Positions 49,796 through 61,481 of a stretch of DNA of 64,000 nucleotides are shown here, in pieces. The stretch covers positions 23,374,001 to 23,438,000 of the forward strand of contig NC_059439.1 in NCBI RefSeq assembly GCF_021028975.2, written 5' to 3'. Position 1 is the first letter of the stretch, and each line of letters begins with the position of its first letter. This DNA comes from Sphaerodactylus townsendi (Eukaryota). The notes beneath the pieces were generated by a model that was given only the letters and a program-made list of their open reading frames with translations, did not search any database and was not told the origin of the DNA. Made by a program: the position numbers and the translations under genes.

Positions 49796-50119
49796 GGCTC
49801 ATTCCGCACATGCAGAATAATGCACTTTCAAACTGCTTTCAGTGCTCTTTGAAGCTGTGCAGAATGGCAAAATCCACTTGCCAACAGTTGTGAAAGTGGT
49901 TTGAAGATGCATTATTTTGCGTGTGCGGAAGGGGCCAGAGTTACACCCTTCTAAGCCAATTTAGTTCAATGAGATTAGAGACCAATCTGCACATGCAGAA
50001 CAATGCACTTTCAATCCACTTTCAGAATTGTTTGCAAGTGGAGTTTGCTATTCTGCACAGCTTCAAAATGCATTGAAAGTGGATTGAAAGTGCATTATTC
50101 TGCATGTGCGGAAGGGGCT
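49796..50119. mobile_element. Two adjacent Harbinger-like MITEs (49796-49936 TSD AGA; 49979-50119 TSD TAG)
   Basis: Both absent from the paired arm near 63030-63082. Confidence 0.85.
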
Positions 50120-50723
50120 TAGAAGGGTTTAACTGTATAGGATCTCACTGTAACTTGTCCTTCCACACAACATCTAGTGCTGCAGGAACATCTGTTCAGA
50201 AGCGTATGTAGGAGTTTATTCAGCCCTTTGGGGTTTCCTTATATGCAGGTGCTGTAACCACACAGTCAATGAAAAAGACCCAGAATTTTATTGAATGCTT
50301 TAGAACACAATATTTTGATTTTCTATGTTAACAGACACTTTTAGAAAAAAAAGTTTAAAAAAGTATTTTTCTTAGAAAAAAAGTATCATGTAAGGTGTTT
50401 TTTTTAAAAAAAAATGCAATGAGTGAAATGTTGGGTTGGATAGAAACAGCTTTTCACCTGGTGAAAAAAAGAAACACCATCCCTTTGTACAACCCAAACA
50501 ATTTATGCTGGAGGTCATGGATCAGCATGAACACAATTAACATACGATGGGGGCTGTAGAAAAGAGGAAATTTGGGTAAGGTGAAGTGGAAAAAAATTGG
50601 CTTCATTCAACCCATATCCACTACATGGCTCAACTTGATTTTCCTGCATTTTACAAAAAGACCTCCCAAACAGAGAATTATTAAGAAGAAATGTTTGCTA
50701 TGTATGGATCACTTCCACCAACT

Positions 50724-51668
50724 TTATGGGTAAGGTTTACTGTTCACAATTCTCCCAATAATATTTCTCAAAGCCTCTTGGACTTCCTTGTTTCTCAGGC
50801 TGTAGATGAAGGGATTGATCAAAGGGGGCAGCACTATATACAAGAGGGAGGAAAATTTGCCCATATCTCTCTTTCCTTCAGACCTTGGAAACATATACAC
50901 AATCATCAGAGACCCATAGAAAACAGAAATCACAATCAAATGAGAGGAACAGGTGGAGAAGGCCTTTTGTCTCCCAGTAGCAGAGGGAATTTTCAAGATG
51001 GCAGCTATAATGTATACATAAGATACTAAAGTAAGAAGAAAAGGAGGGAATGTAAAAATGGCTGCCGAAAAGTAACTCAACATTTTCATGAAACTGACAT
51101 CACTGCAGGAAAGTTGTAGGAGGGCAAAATATTCACAAAAATAATGGTCTATTTCATTGGGGCCACAAAATGGTAACTTCAAAAGGAAAAAGAGTAACAT
51201 GAAAGAAACTGCAAATCCATTGATCCAAGATGCAGCTTTTAAGTGCATACAAGTCTGAATGTTCATGACTGTTGCATAATGCAGTGGTTTACAGATAGCC
51301 AAATACCTGTCATAAGACATCCCACAGAGTAAGCAACATTCTGTAACTGCCAAGGAACTGCAGATGTACCACTGTGCCAAGCAGCTGTTGAAAGAAATCA
51401 TTCTGTCCCCAGTCAGGAGAGCCAAAAGTAATCTTGGGAATATATTGGAGGTGTAGCAAGCCTCTAAGAAGGATAAGTTCCCCAGGAAGAAGTACATGGG
51501 AGTGTGAAGGCGCTGATCAAAGATAACAAGCACAAATATGAGGATGTTTCCAGTGATTGCCACAACGTAAATCACCAGAAACGACAGGAAAAGTGGTGTT
51601 TGCAATTGATGTAAATCACCAAATCCCAGAAGGATGAATGTGGTTATCTTTGTCTCATTTCTGCACAT
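50724..51668 (-). CDS. Olfactory receptor, OR11A-like, 314 aa
   Basis: ATG follows acceptor TTTTCTTTTCAACAG; NET sequon; MSYDRYLAICKPLHY, KAFSTCSSHL, PLINPFIYSLRN. Confidence 0.95.
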   Translation of the reverse strand: MCRNETKITTFILLGFGDLHQLQTPLFLSFLVIYVVAITGNILIFVLVIFDQRLHTPMYFFLGNLSFLEACYTSNIFPRLLLALLTGDRMISFNSCLAQWYICSSLAVTECCLLCGMSYDRYLAICKPLHYATVMNIQTCMHLKAASWINGFAVSFMLLFFLLKLPFCGPNEIDHYFCEYFALLQLSCSDVSFMKMLSYFSAAIFTFPPFLLTLVSYVYIIAAILKIPSATGRQKAFSTCSSHLIVISVFYGSLMIVYMFPRSEGKRDMGKFSSLLYIVLPPLINPFIYSLRNKEVQEALRNIIGRIVNSKPYP

Positions 51669-51885
51669 TCTGGTAAATAACCAATCCTGTTGAAAAGAAA
51701 AGCATGCCAAAGTTAAGATACAATATGAGGAAGATTAAAGATGCAACTAATGAGGAGTCTGATGAGAATAGTGACAGAATCATACTCCTACTGATAATTT
51801 TTCTTCTACTGCAGCATAACCTCTTCCATAGAGTAAGACTGCTCACTTAACAGAAGGGAACTATTAGATAGGAATGGAAAGGAGA

Positions 51886-52006
51886 CAGTGGTGGGATTCA
51901 GCAGGTTCGCACCACTTTGGCAGAACTGGTTGTTAAAATGGTGCTTGTAAACAAGTTATTAAATTATTTGAATCCCACCACTGGAACCGGTTGATAAATA
52001 CCACTG
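51886..52006. mobile_element. hAT MITE (family of 22629)
   Basis: CAGTGGTGGGATTCA terminus; TSD AAAGGAGA/AAAGGAGC; empty site near 61270. Confidence 0.85.
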
Positions 52007-53902
52007 AAAGGAGCCATTACACAGGCAGAAAGCTTGTAGACATGATGACCCTCTATCTACCTGTGGGTTTATGACTGCCTAATTCCAATAAAACAATGGC
52101 AGAAAACATCCACGGACATTATTTTCCCATGGTGTCTTATAACAAAATGGGCATTCTAAATGAATCTGTATACCACCCGCCAGGGTGGTGTAGAGAACCA
52201 ACTTTGCTCCCCCAACCCACATGAAACCTGATGGGTTACTCACAGTTCTCTCAGAACTCTTTTAGTTTCACCTACCTCACAAGGTGCCTGTTGAGGGGAA
52301 GGGAAGGAGTTTGTAAGCCACGTTGACATTCCTTATGGTTGAGAAAAGCAGAGTATACTCTTCTTCCAACCAACGAGCTTATAACAATCACTGTTGAAAA
52401 TCCTGCAGCGTGTATAGATGCTTATTCTGTCACACTATGAGCCATCATTAATTCATCCATGATTTGTTGGAAGGAGTTCAGAATGTGGAACATTTACACA
52501 ATAAGTAATGGAACTGTAAGTTTTTTTCAAATCAATCCATTTTTTGGCCATTTCTGGAAACTTCTGTTAAATCAGGAGAAAATGGACAACAAATCAGAAA
52601 TTATTGGGAAGCCAATTGTGTACATAAAAATGTAGCCTTAGTAAAGCTGAATAAATGATCAGTACAAGGAATATGAGGGGTAGTTCCTACACAGTATAGC
52701 ATCTGCTCGGCATGTGCCCATTTCAAATATGAATTATCCTGATCTATATGTCACTTTGTAAATAGCGACCTCAAAAATCTCCTAAAAACCAGGGTGATGC
52801 AATGGCTATAATGGCAGATTGAGACTGACTGAAAATTCAATTTCCATTCAGCCATGAAACTCCCCAAGTGATCTTGGGCCAAAAACCCTCTATCAGAATA
52901 ACCTAGGATTCCTATAAAGGGAGAACTAGGTATATTACTCCAAGATTGGTTGGGTTAAGTGTGGGATGTACAAGATGTACAAGAAGATGGTAGTTGGAAA
53001 AGATAGCTCACCTCTGAAAAACATGAATTGTTCCACTAAGCATTTGAGCTTAACAACAAATCTGGTCCTCTCTCCCTCCCTTCTTTCCTCTCCCTTTCTT
53101 CTTCCCTTTCCTTCCTTTCCCTTTCCCTTGCCCTGCCTTCTCTCTTTTTCCCCTCCCCTCTCATGCTTCCCTGTTAGATATCAGGAACAACAGCTTTCCT
53201 GAAGCTTTTGTGCTACCGAGAGGAGTTCTTTGTTGAGGTTCTGTCACCATGCTGTTGATTTAATGGAAGGTTTTATACTGAAATACTTTGGATTAGATTT
53301 TAAGATGCTGTTTGCCACCCTGAGTCTTGGTTTGCCGGGGTATAAATCTGAAATACAGTTTTAAAAGAGTAAAAGTCTATGGTTCAAAATTATCTTATCT
53401 AAATCTCCCAGAGCTGCTGACCTTCACTAGTAGTCCAGCAGAAAGACTCAGTTCTTTCTATTGCATGAAGTTACTCATGCCTACTATTGTTGCACAATCT
53501 GTCTTTTATATTTGCTGCGCATGGAAAAGATGTTTCTTGTGCTGGTACACAGATGACCTACTCAACATGTTTAACATTACAAATGAGATTTTATATTTAT
53601 TAATTTTACACAAGGTGGTCAAACACATCTGGATCAAGACCACAGATGTATTTTTTTAAAAAAAAATCACAAAGCTTTCATGCAGAACTAACTTCCAATG
53701 GCTATTGTCTCACTTTGTTTTAAAGGGCATCTCTTGTTTATAATTGCAGTCCAGAGACGGGCAACCATTTTGTAAGCCACTTCTGACTCCAGAATGCTGT
53801 ATTTACTTACTGATGTGGCAACAATCAAAAATAAATGGAAGATACGATTATACTTGAACAAATACTCTCAGAGAAAGCCAATTGTTCTACCAGCATCTCA
53901 GA

Positions 53903-54032
53903 GGCTCATTCCGCACACGCAAAATAATGCACTTTCAAGCTGCTTTCACAACTGTTTTTGCCATTCCGCACAGCTTCAAAGAGCCCTGAAAGCAGCTTGA
54001 AAGTGCATTATTCTGCGTGTGCGGAATGAGCC
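53903..54032. mobile_element. Harbinger-like palindromic MITE
   Basis: TIR GGCTCATTCCGCACACGCA; TSD AGA; empty site near 59055. Confidence 0.88.
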
Positions 54033-55929
54033 AGAGATTTGTCTTGGATTTGACTAATGGCTGTGCAGGTAATGATAGGCATAAGCCACACCTGTTGCAC
54101 CCTTTCTCCAAGAAGTGCTGACAGTGCATTCCTTGCTCATGGCAGAGGTCTGGCCCTGAGTGCCAACCAAAATGGTCTGTTGTGCCACTGTTGGTACCCA
54201 TAGGGGAGGAGTTCTCTACCCCTGCCATGGTAATTGAACGGATTGATCCATTTAAATAGGAAAAAAAATGACAAGATATTAAGCAAGATCATTTGAGGTA
54301 TCATGGTTACCTTTTGGGAGGAGATCATTCAATGCTGAGAAAAGGTTCAACCCATTTCTTCTCACTGGATCTCCTTCAGTATTATCAATTTTCTTCAAAC
54401 AATATCTAGCAGGGTGTTCAAGTTTTGACATCCTCTGTAGCAGGTTTTATAGGTTGTACTAGAAACATAACAATGTGCAGCTTTGTATTTAAATTAAAGA
54501 AACTGTATATATTTACCCCAATTAATGTATACCGAGATTGGAATGCATTGGGGAAATTAAATGTCGCTAATGGAACTGCAACAAGTTAAGCTATGTGTTT
54601 GAGAATGTGAGTTCATTGGAATAGTTTCTTAAAAAGCTCCATACAAAACTGATTAGTGATCTGGGAAATAATATCTTCCAAAAATAACCCCTGAGATTAA
54701 TTTGGATTGCTTTTTCACTCCACCCACTCTAACTTACTCCCACATCACAGGCTCTGTCCCTCCTGGGTTTTATACAACTTCTTAGTGTAGCTTTGTTCAG
54801 AGGCCAAACCAGATGTCCTCCCTCCTTTTTCCTCAGCAGCAATGCTGGCTAAATGCAACCCACTTGGACTGAGGGTGTTGGGCGCTGTCAGTCATTGCTC
54901 CTGGACAGCTAATTGTCAACTGAAGCAAAATTCAAACCAAATTATTTCCCAGGCAGTGGCATTTCTCCCTACTAAGCAGATCCTGGCAAGAGAGGAGCAC
55001 TGTGAGCCAATCACTTTGGGGAGAAGCCAAAGAAAGCCACAGTTCTGTTCCTCCTTTGTGGAGGGAAACCTTGTTTGTTCATTGCAAGTACTATTACTTG
55101 GAAAACAGAGATCTAGGATTAGTTTGCTCAGATGCCTGTTGAATGTGACCATTTTGTCCAGTGTGGTTGAAACTTGAGGATTGTTTAGTAGACAGACAGA
55201 GAGGTGCAGTTATAGATAGCTCCCTACTACAGGGTGACTATCTGCTTGAAAAATGAGGAGTGTTCAAAATAGATGGAGAACTGTATTCAGTGAAAAAAAT
55301 GGTGTCATTATTTTTATATACAGCTGCCCCAGACCTCCTGCATGCATTCCCCATAGTAAATAATGGCTCTGAATTCTGGAACTTGAAAAAAACACATGGA
55401 TTGGAATCATGAATTGGTAATGTCCTACCTAAAAATAAGTTATTTAAAAATAAGTTATTTAAATTTCTCACTCCATCCACCCAAGATCTGGAATTATAAA
55501 GTTTTTTTCTTTGTGCATGTCTTATCAATTTCTGGTAACTGGTGACCAGTTTTCAGATCTTGTGTCTGGTGGCCAGTTTTCAGGTCTTGTAGCATGCTTT
55601 TCTAATGAGTTGTACTGGCTACAAACAATGCTTTCACTTCAAGTAGCGTGGAGGTGCAAGATTCTCATGATTTTGTGGACAAGGTCCCTTCATGTTTGAG
55701 ACTGGAAATCCCACCGACACCATGAAACTTGAGACCCATGTTGACTCTCCTAAGTTTATTTTCTGAACAGTTTTGTCTGCCACAGAAAGAACATCTTCAC
55801 TTCTAATGCACATGGTGGAGGAGGCAATCATCTGGACCAGTATGATCAATGTTCTTCCATTTTTTGAGATTGCAACATCCTCAATCATCCCAAAGTATCA
55901 ATTTTGAAACCTCCAGTTTTATTTTCTAA

Positions 55930-56582
55930 CTAGTAATAAAGCTCATTGTATGACCAAATACAAGTGGCTCCTCCCACTTTTCCTCCCCCTGTTGTTCCAT
56001 ATCTCCAACTCCCTCTTCATCGTCCTTCTCTTCCCAGATGCTTGAATCAGCATGCAAAGGTTATTGGTGCCCATTGGGGGGGACCGGCCCCATGTCACCA
56101 GCTCTCTCCTCCTCCACCTCTCCTCCTCCTTCAGTTCCCAGTTGCTTGTGCTTCTTCCTGGATGCCTGAATTGCCACACAACTGATAATGGTGCAGTTGA
56201 GTCTGCCAGCAGTTGCAACCCTCCCACTGGTAGTGGCCAATGCCTATGCCTGCTCCTCCTGAAGTAGCTGCAGATGGTAGAATGACTGTAATTATTCAGC
56301 AGTGGGGGAGAAGGGCAAGCATTAGAGAGAGTAACCCCATTCAGTGTAAGATCCATCCCCACTTTGTGTGTTCACAATGACTAGTTGGAAGTGAATCATG
56401 CATGGTGATCAGCTGGAGGTGAGTCATTGTCACCATGGCTAGCTGGAAGTGAGTCACTGCCACCATGGCTAGCAGGGTCATTGCCACTATAGCAAGGTTT
56501 TTTTTCATATTGTAGATGAGTTATTTCTGCTACAGACTGATGGGTACATGGACAGTCACACACATTATTTTATTATATGAGA
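55930..56582 (-). mobile_element. Non-autonomous Helitron
   Basis: On the minus strand: A|TCTCATATAATAAAA start, ~30-bp internal minisatellite (56380-56490), subterminal hairpin and CTAG|T end. Confidence 0.7.
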
Positions 56583-56584
56583 TA

Positions 56585-56672
56585 AGAAATCTAGAAACAT
56601 AGAGCTAGAAGGGACTACCAAGGTCATCTAGCCCAACTGCTGCACAATGCAATGAATTCAACTACCTCCCCT
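56585..56672 (-). mobile_element. CR1 3' end fragment (second subfamily)
   Basis: ATAGAGCTAGAAGGGAC..CCAAGGTCATCTAG.CCAAC...TGCACAATGCA. Confidence 0.6.
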
Positions 56673-57925
56673 AGTATTATAATTCTAAAAATGTAATAGT
56701 CCAAAGCTCATGCGTAAAGTCTTTTTTGAGACAGAGTTTGTTTAATCTTTCCCATATGATACTTTAATAAGTGAAGCAACTGGGAACAGAAGGAGGAGGA
56801 GAGGAGGGGGAGGGGGAGGGAGCTGGTGACATGCAGCCAGGGGGGGGGCAGAAAAGCAGGATGGGTCCTCCCTAGTGAACACCATTAACCTTTGTATGCA
56901 AATTCAGAAATCAGGTAAGAGGAGGATGAAGAGGAAGTTGGTGTTTGTGGGCCCAAAGGGGGAGGAAAAGTGGTTGGGTTTCACCTTCTTGATGGACGCC
57001 ATTAATCCACCAACAGTTTTCTAGAGCCCCTTGTTTTTGTTTGTATAGCGAGCTTTATTGCTAGTTTTAAAATAAAACTAGAGGTTTGAAAATTAACCTC
57101 CTACTTTAGGATGATTGAGGATGTTGAAATCTCTAAAATGGAGGAAAGTTGAACATGCTGGACCAGATGTTCCTCCACTATATGCAATAGAAGTGAAGAT
57201 GTTCTGTCTGTGGCAGACAAAACCTAGAAAATAAACCTAGGAGACTCAGCTTTTGCCACAAGCTTCAGGGTGTTGCTTGGATTAGCAGTCTCAAACATCA
57301 GAACATACTGGTCCACATAATCTTGAAAAACCTTGCACCCCATGTTCCTTGAATTGGAATCTTTGTTTGTAGCTGGTATAACTCATTTGAAAAGGAAGCT
57401 ACAAGACCAGAAAACTGGTTACCAGTTTCAAGAAGTTGGTAAGTGAAGATGTGCACTAAGAAAATAAACCTGTTAAAATTTCAGATCTTGGGTGGGTGGG
57501 GTGAGAAATTTTTGTCAGGATGGCTTATTTTTAGGTAGGACATTGTCAATTCATGATTCCAGTCCATGTGTTTTGTCAGGTTCCAGAATTCAGAACCATT
57601 ATTTACAATGTGGAATGCATGCAGGAGGTCTGGGGCAGCTGTATATGAAAATAATAGCATCACATTTTCACTGAATGTAGTTCTCCCTCTAGTTTAAATG
57701 CCCCTTATATTTCAAGCACAGCCCCCCTACCCCCCAACACCATCTATATCTGCATCTCTCTGGCTGTCTATATCTATATCTATATCTGCATCTCTCTGGC
57801 TGTTTTCTAAACAATGTTCGTGTTTCAACCACACTGGACAAATTGGTCACATTCAACAGGCACCTGAACAAACTAATCATAGATCTCTGTTTTCCAAGTC
57901 ATAGTACTCACAAAGAACAAACAAG

Positions 57926-58064
57926 GGCTGATTCCGCATGGCCAAAAACAGCAGTGTGAAAATGGTGTGAAAATGGTGTAAAAGGGTTTAAAATGGTGTT
58001 AAAGGGTTTATACTGTTTTCACACCGTTTTCACACCACTGTTTTTGGCCCATGCAGAATTAGCC
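57926..58064. mobile_element. Harbinger-like palindromic MITE, second family
   Basis: TIR GGCTGATTCCGCATGG/CCATGCAGAATTAGCC; TSD AAG; empty site near 55070. Confidence 0.85.
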
Positions 58065-58189
58065 AAGGTTTCCCTCCACAAAGGAAAAAGAGAACTGTGG
58101 CTTTCTTTGGCTTCTCTCCAAAGTGATTGGCTGACTGTGATCCTCCCTTGTCAGAATTTGCTTAGTAGAGAGAAATGCCATTGCCTGGA

Positions 58190-58380
58190 GCAATGACTGA
58201 AAGCCCCCAACACCCTCAGTCCAAGTGGGTTGCATTTAGCCAGCATTGCTGCTGAGGAAAAAGGAGGGAGGGGGTCTGGTTTGGCCTCTGAACAAAGCTA
58301 CACTAAGAAGTTATATAAAAGCCAGGAGGGACAGAGCCTGTGATGTGGGAGTAAGTTAAAGTGGGTGGAGTGAAAAAGCA
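58190..58380 (+). promoter_or_regulatory. Candidate promoter/first non-coding exon of the 61482 OR (mirror at 54715-54900)
   Basis: Island of much higher arm-to-arm identity containing TATAAAA (58314) and donor GTAAGT (58351) on the OR sense strand. Confidence 0.4.
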
Positions 58381-60005
58381 ATCTAGATTCAGGGTTTTTG
58401 TTTGAATACATTATTTCCCAGATGGCTAATCAGTTTGGTAATAAGCTTTTTAATAAACTGTCCCAATGGACTCACATTCTAAAACCACATAGCTTAACTT
58501 CCCTGGAGAACAGCAGTTCCATTACTTATCTTTAATTTTCCCAATCTATTCCAATCTTTGGATATATCAGTTGGGGTAAATATAAATACACTTTTTTTTG
58601 CTTAAATACAAAGCTGCACATGGTTATATTAATGAAGTGCAACCTATAAAACCTGCTATTTAGGATGTCAAAACAGGAAAACCCTGGTAGACATGGTTTG
58701 AAGAAAACTGATAATACTGAAGGATATCTGGTGAGAAGAAATTGGTTGAGCCTTTTCTCCGCATTGAATGATCTCTTCCCCCAAGGTAATTTTATGACAA
58801 CTCAAATCATCTTGCTTAATATCTTTTGTCATTTTCTTCATGTTTGAAAGGATCAATCCATTCAGGTACCATGACAGGGGTGGAGGACATTTTCCCCATG
58901 GTTGCCAACAGTGGCATATGAGACCATTTGGGTTTGCACTCAGGGCCAGTTCAAGCAAACAATGCACTGTCAATGCAGCTGTGACCAGTGGTGCAACAGG
59001 TATGGCTTATGTCTGTCACTCCCTGCACAGCCATTAGCAAAATGCAAGGCAAATCTCTGAGATGCTAGTGGAAGAGTCGGCTTGCTCTGAGAGTATTTGT
59101 CCGAGTATAATTTCATCCCCCCTTTATTTTTGTTTGCTGACACACCAACAAGTAAATTCTGGGGTCACTGAAGCCAAGATGATTGTCTGCCTCTGGAGTA
59201 CAGTTATAAACAAGGGATGCCCTTTAATACAAAGTCAGAAAACAACCATGAAAAGTTAGTTTCTGATTTTTTGAAATACATCTGTGGTCTTAATCCTGAT
59301 GTGTTTGACCTGCTTGTATGAAGTATAAATGAAATATCATTCAGAATGTTAAGCAGGTTGAGTAGGTCACCTATGTATCAGCACAAGAAATATCTTTTCC
59401 GTGTACAGCAAGTCTAAAGGACAGCTATTACAACAATAGTAGCCATGAGTAACTTCTTGCAACAGAAAGAACTGATTCTACTGGACTACAAATGGAGGTC
59501 AGCCACTCTGTGAGATTGAGGTAAGATAATTTTGAACCATGGACTTTAGCTTAAAAAAAAATCATTTCAGATTTATACCCTGGTAAACCAGGCTCAGGGT
59601 AGCAAACAACATCTTAAAATCCAGTACAATGCATTCCAGTTTAAAACCTTTCATTGAATCAACAGCACGGGGACATAAACTTTGGGCTTCCCAGAATATA
59701 ATTATCAGAGCAGAGGAGCCTCTACAAAGACCTCTCAGTACCACAAAACTTCAAGAAAGCTTTCCCCCTAACTCCTTGTTCCTGGTATCTCAAAGGGAGG
59801 CAAGAGAGAAAAGGGGAAAGGGAGGTAAGACAAGGGAAAGGGAAAGGGAGGAAGAAGGGGAGGAAGGGAAGAAGGGAGGGAGAGAGGACAAGATTCGTTG
59901 GTAAACTCTGGCTGACTTAATCAAATGCTTGGTGGAACAATTCATTTTTTTCAGAGGTGAGCAATCCCTTCAAACTATCAGTTTCTTGTGTATCTTGCTC
60001 TTCAT

Positions 60006-60140
60006 CAGTGGCGGAATTCAAATAATTTAACAACCGGTTCTGGTGGTGGGATTCAAATAATTTAACAACTGGTTTTTACAAGCACCATTTTAACAATCGG
60101 TTCTGCCAAAGTGGTGCGAACCAGTTGAATCCCACCACTG
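60006..60140. mobile_element. hAT MITE (family of 22629)
   Basis: CAGTGG..GGAATTCA/TGAATCCCACCACTG; TSD CTCTTCAT/CTCTTAAT; absent from the left arm. Confidence 0.85.
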
Positions 60141-60688
60141 CTCTTAATCCAACTGATCTTGGAGCAATACACTTAATTCTCCCTACTTAGCTTCATAAGA
60201 ATTCTAGGTTAGTCTGAGAGAGGGTGATTGGCCTAAGGTATTTTCGGGAGTTTCATAGCTGAATGGAAATTGAGTTTTCAATCAGGCAGTCCAGATCTAC
60301 CATTATAGACATTGCATCACATTGAGTAGATTTTTGAGGTCACTATTTACGAAGTGACATACAGATCACGATAATTCGTATTTGAATGGGCACATGACAA
60401 GCAGATGCTTTATTGTGTAGGAATTACCCCCACTTCCCTTGTACTGATCATTTATTCAACTTTACTAAGGCTGCATTTTTATGTACACAGTTGGCTTCCT
60501 AATAGTTTCTGATTCGTTGTCCATTTTCTCTTGATTTAACAGAAGTCTCCAGAAGTGACCAAAATTAAATTGATTGATTCTGAAAGAACTTACAGTTCCA
60601 TTACTTATTGTGCAAATGTTCCATGTTCTGAGCTCCTGGCAACTAATCATGCACGAATTGATCATTGGTCTTAGTGTGGCAGAATAAG

Positions 60689-60823
60689 TTTTTTTTTTTT
60701 TTCAGTTTTATTACGGCCATTAGGCCAGCAAAAAAGAGCAGAGAAGAACAAGAAAAAGGAGGAACAACAAACAAAAGAACAATCGAATTTGCACTGAAAT
60801 CCACGAAACAGAAATCCACACAA
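60689..60823 (-). mobile_element. Short LINE 3' end with poly(A) tail
   Basis: Matches 27630-27735; T14 on the plus strand; 13-bp TSD GTGGCAGAATAAG; empty site near 52420. Confidence 0.88.
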
Positions 60824-61481
60824 GTGGCAGAATAAGCATCTATACATGATGCTGCATTTTCAACAGTGATGGCTACGAGGTTGTTGGTTGGAGGAAGAAG
60901 AGTTGGGATTCATACTCTGCCTTTCTCAACCATAAGGAGTCTTAAAGTGGCTTATAAACTCCTTCTCTTTCGCTCCCCTTAACAGGAACCTTGTGAGGTA
61001 AGAAAGACTGAAAAAGTTCTGAGATAATTGTGAGTAGCTAAAGGTCACCCATCAGGCTTCACGTGGAGAGAAGGAACAAAACTGGTTCTCTACACCACAC
61101 TGGCTCGCAGTGTGCAGATTCATTTAGAATACACATTCTGTTTTAAAACACCTTGGGAAAATAATTTCAGCAGATTTTTTCTGCCATCCTTTTATTGGAA
61201 TTAGGCAGTCATAAACCCACAGGTGGATAGAAGGTCATCATGTCCACTAGCCTTCTGAATGTGTAATAGCTCCTTTCCATTCCTGTCTAATAGTTCCCCT
61301 CTAAGTGAAGAGTCTTACTCTGTGAAAGAGGTTTTGCTGTGGTAGAAGAACATTTTTCTCCGTAGGAGCATGATCCTCACTATTCTCGTCAGACTCCTGA
61401 TTAGTTGAGTTGTGATCCTTCTTCATATGGTATCTTCACATTTGCATGCTATCTTTTCAACAGGACTGGCTATTTACCATA

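Larger units (their letters stand above)
49753..56147 (-). repeat. Left arm of a large inverted segmental duplication
   Basis: Continuous reverse-complement similarity to 56774-63118, including the OR CDS, SINE, purine tract and Helitron 3' end. Confidence 0.92.

Noticed and set aside
8702-54032. Recurring ~140-bp palindromic repeats as a CRISPR/REP-like or novel array system
   Set aside because: They are dispersed, have TIRs, 3-bp TSDs and empty sites in vertebrate DNA, so they are MITEs; no spacers or cas genes
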